A stretch of DNA of 64,000 nt from Azolla caroliniana (taxonomy: Eukaryota > Plantae > Polypodiophyta): NCBI GenBank assembly GCA_043228905.1, contig JBHGNT010000016.1:2604001-2668000 (forward strand). Direction: 5' to 3'. The notes below the pieces were generated by a model. It searched no databases. It saw only the letters and a program-made list of their open reading frames with translations, and was not told the origin of the DNA. Position numbers and translations under genes: made by a program. Positions 62,082 through 64,000 of this stretch are shown piece after piece. Each line of letters starts with the position of its first letter. Positions within the stretch are counted from its first letter, which is position 1.

Positions 62082-64000
62082 ACCAGCCGGTCCACATCAG
62101 GGTATGTGATGACGTATGCAGGGGGAGCTGTCTCGTGGCAGTCGAGGCTGCAGAAGACGGTTGCGCTGTCAACCACGGAGGCGGAGTACATGGCGGCTGT
62201 TGAAGCCGGCAAGGAAATGATATGGATGAAGGACTTCATTAGAGAGCTCGGTATCCGGCAGGAGGAGTACCGACTCTACTGCGACAGTCAGAGTGCCATC
62301 CACCTTGCCAAGAACGCGACCTATCACTCCCGGACGAAGCACATCCAGCGAAGATATCACTGGATCCGGGAAAGGATAGAAGACCAGGAGTTCGTGCTGA
62401 CGAAGATCCACACGGACGAGAACGGGTCAGACATGCTGACCAAAGTGCTCACACCCGACAAAGTGGAAGCGTGCCGGAAGAGGGTCGGACTGGAAAGACA
62501 TCCCATGCCGAAGTGAAGGGGGAGTTTGTTGGGATTACGGTCCCTCCGGATGGGATGGTCGGATGTCCGGGAATCGGGAATGAAGACCCGAATGTGGAGT
62601 ACCCGATATCGGAGCCGGATGATGAAGGCCCGGTTCCGGAGCCGGATGATGAAGACCCGGTTCCGGATCCGGATGATGAAGACCCCGGCTACGGAGCTGG
62701 ATGATGAAGACCCCGGCTACGGAGCCGGATGACGAATGTACCCGGAGAGAGATCCGGATGCGGGGACATATTTGTGAATATGTTTGCCAAGGGCCCTTGA
62801 GGCTATATTTGTAAATAGCCCGAAAGTCATATGTGTATAAATATGACTTAGGGCAAACTGTTTTGTGATTGTTGTTGCTCATTTTTCCTGTTTTCCACTC
62901 AGAGGGAGTGAAGTGAGAGTAGCAGAGAGAGAGAGAGAGAAAGGAAGAGGTCGACGCCTCTGTGTAATACCGCCGCCTGTGGCGAGGACAGTGAGCTCAA
63001 GGTCGTCGCCTTGCAGCTTGCCATTGTACATTCCCTGCGTATAGTGATAGTTGGAGTCTTGCACTCCCGTGGTTTTTCCCGTCTAGGGTTTTCCACGCTA
63101 AACCTTGTGCATTCGAGTCTCTCTCTGTGTTATCGATTTTCTGCTGCATTGATCCGTGTTTCCTCGGTTGTGGCCGAGAGGCGAAGAGATTGAAAGCGTC
63201 AATCCCTAACATTACCGGCTCGCCGTCTCTGCCGTCGTGGTGGTTGCCGTTTCCCTCATAGGTTGCCGTTTCCGCACCGGTGTCGGTCCTTTGCTCAAAT
63301 GGGTTCTTGGGCATCAATCCTCTATATGGCTTCAATCGGAATCCGTTGACCCATTTGCCTAGCACTTCGCCGACAAGTGTCCCTAACTGGTAGGACCCAT
63401 TATACTCACGTGTCAGCCAATACGGGCCGGTCCATCTAAACCGTAGTTTATCCGGCATCTTGCCCATCCGGGTCTGAAGTACTAACACTGGCTTGCCGAT
63501 TGCGAACAGTTTTTCATTTCCTCTCCTGTGCCGGTCGACAAATGCTTTCCATCGCCGTTGTTCCTCGAGTTCACACAACGCTGTTAACCGTATTGCCTTT
63601 GACTCCTTCTCGTTCAGCCGTTCCTGTAGCTGGATTCGTAAGCTGGGTACTTGGAATTCCACCGGCATTACCGCCTCTAGTCCGAACGCTAACCGGAATG
63701 GTGTTGTTCGGATGCTCGTTTTATATGCTGTCCGATATATGCCCAAAGCGCGCTATGTAGCTTGGTATCCCAATCCGTTCGGTTTTCGTTGACGATCTTC
63801 CGGAGGATATTCTGGAGCGTTTTGTTCGTCGATTCAGCTAACCCGTTTGCTTGCGGATAGTATGGTGTGCTCCGTTTATGGACAACGGCATAGAATGTCG
63901 TCAAGCTTTCAACTACTTGGCCGAGAAAGTGCCCCCCTTGGTCGCTTATTAATTCGATTGGGCATCCGTAACGGCACCAGATGTATTCGTATAGAAATTT

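Larger units (their letters stand above)
53371..63211 (+). mobile_element. Ty1/Copia element A (Tork/Tnt1-like), young, inserted in the Gypsy pol
   Basis: TSD TTACC (53366-53370, 63212-63216); LTRs 53371-54027 and 62527-63211 (TGTTGG...CTAACA); PBS TGGTATCAGAGC at 54031-54042; PPT GAAGGGGGAG before 62527; domain order gag(CCHC)-PR(DSGAS)-INT-RT(YVDD)-RH. Confidence 0.95.
50032..64000 (-). mobile_element. Ty3/Gypsy retrotransposon (Athila/Tat-like, non-chromovirus): 3' LTR ~50032-50583, extra ORF, integrase at 63212-64000; continues beyond the window
   Basis: Integrase motifs SDQGGHF, STPYYPQANGLAESTNKTL, DWDTKLHSALWAY, TPFRLAFG.EAVMP, RWTGPY, VNGFRLKPY. The pol C-terminus resumes across the Copia TSD. 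The LTR reads TGTGAAAC...TCGAACA on the minus strand with TATTTAAA. Confidence 0.8.

Overview
Eukaryotic land-plant genomic DNA, not prokaryotic: GT-AG introns, plant gene families and plant retroelements. The PPR motif style, RTE LINEs and microsatellite load suggest a fern or other non-seed plant, but the species cannot be determined here. The first ~44 kb hold five genes: the last exon of a patatin-like phospholipase (pPLAIII type, +), meiotic ZIP4/SPO22 (-, 5 exons), an AGCVIII PINOID/D6PK-type kinase (-, 2 exons), a two-domain Ni-type glyoxalase I with a putative transit peptide (-, 9 exons; last exon 3 kb away) and a DUF1685 protein (-, 2 exons). Between them lie SINE, RTE, hAT-MITE and LTR remnants and a retroposed PPR fragment with poly(A) and TSD. 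The last ~20 kb are a nested transposon stack: a decayed L1 containing a solo LTR, an LTR+PBS remnant, an Athila/Tat-like Gypsy with a large extra coiled-coil ORF, a young Tork-like Copia, and a sister Copia inserted head-on inside it. The two Copias form a ~3 kb-arm inverted repeat between convergent LTR promoters, a candidate natural hairpin/siRNA silencer locus. A 100-N assembly gap lies inside it. All family assignments come from motif recognition by eye; no searches were run.
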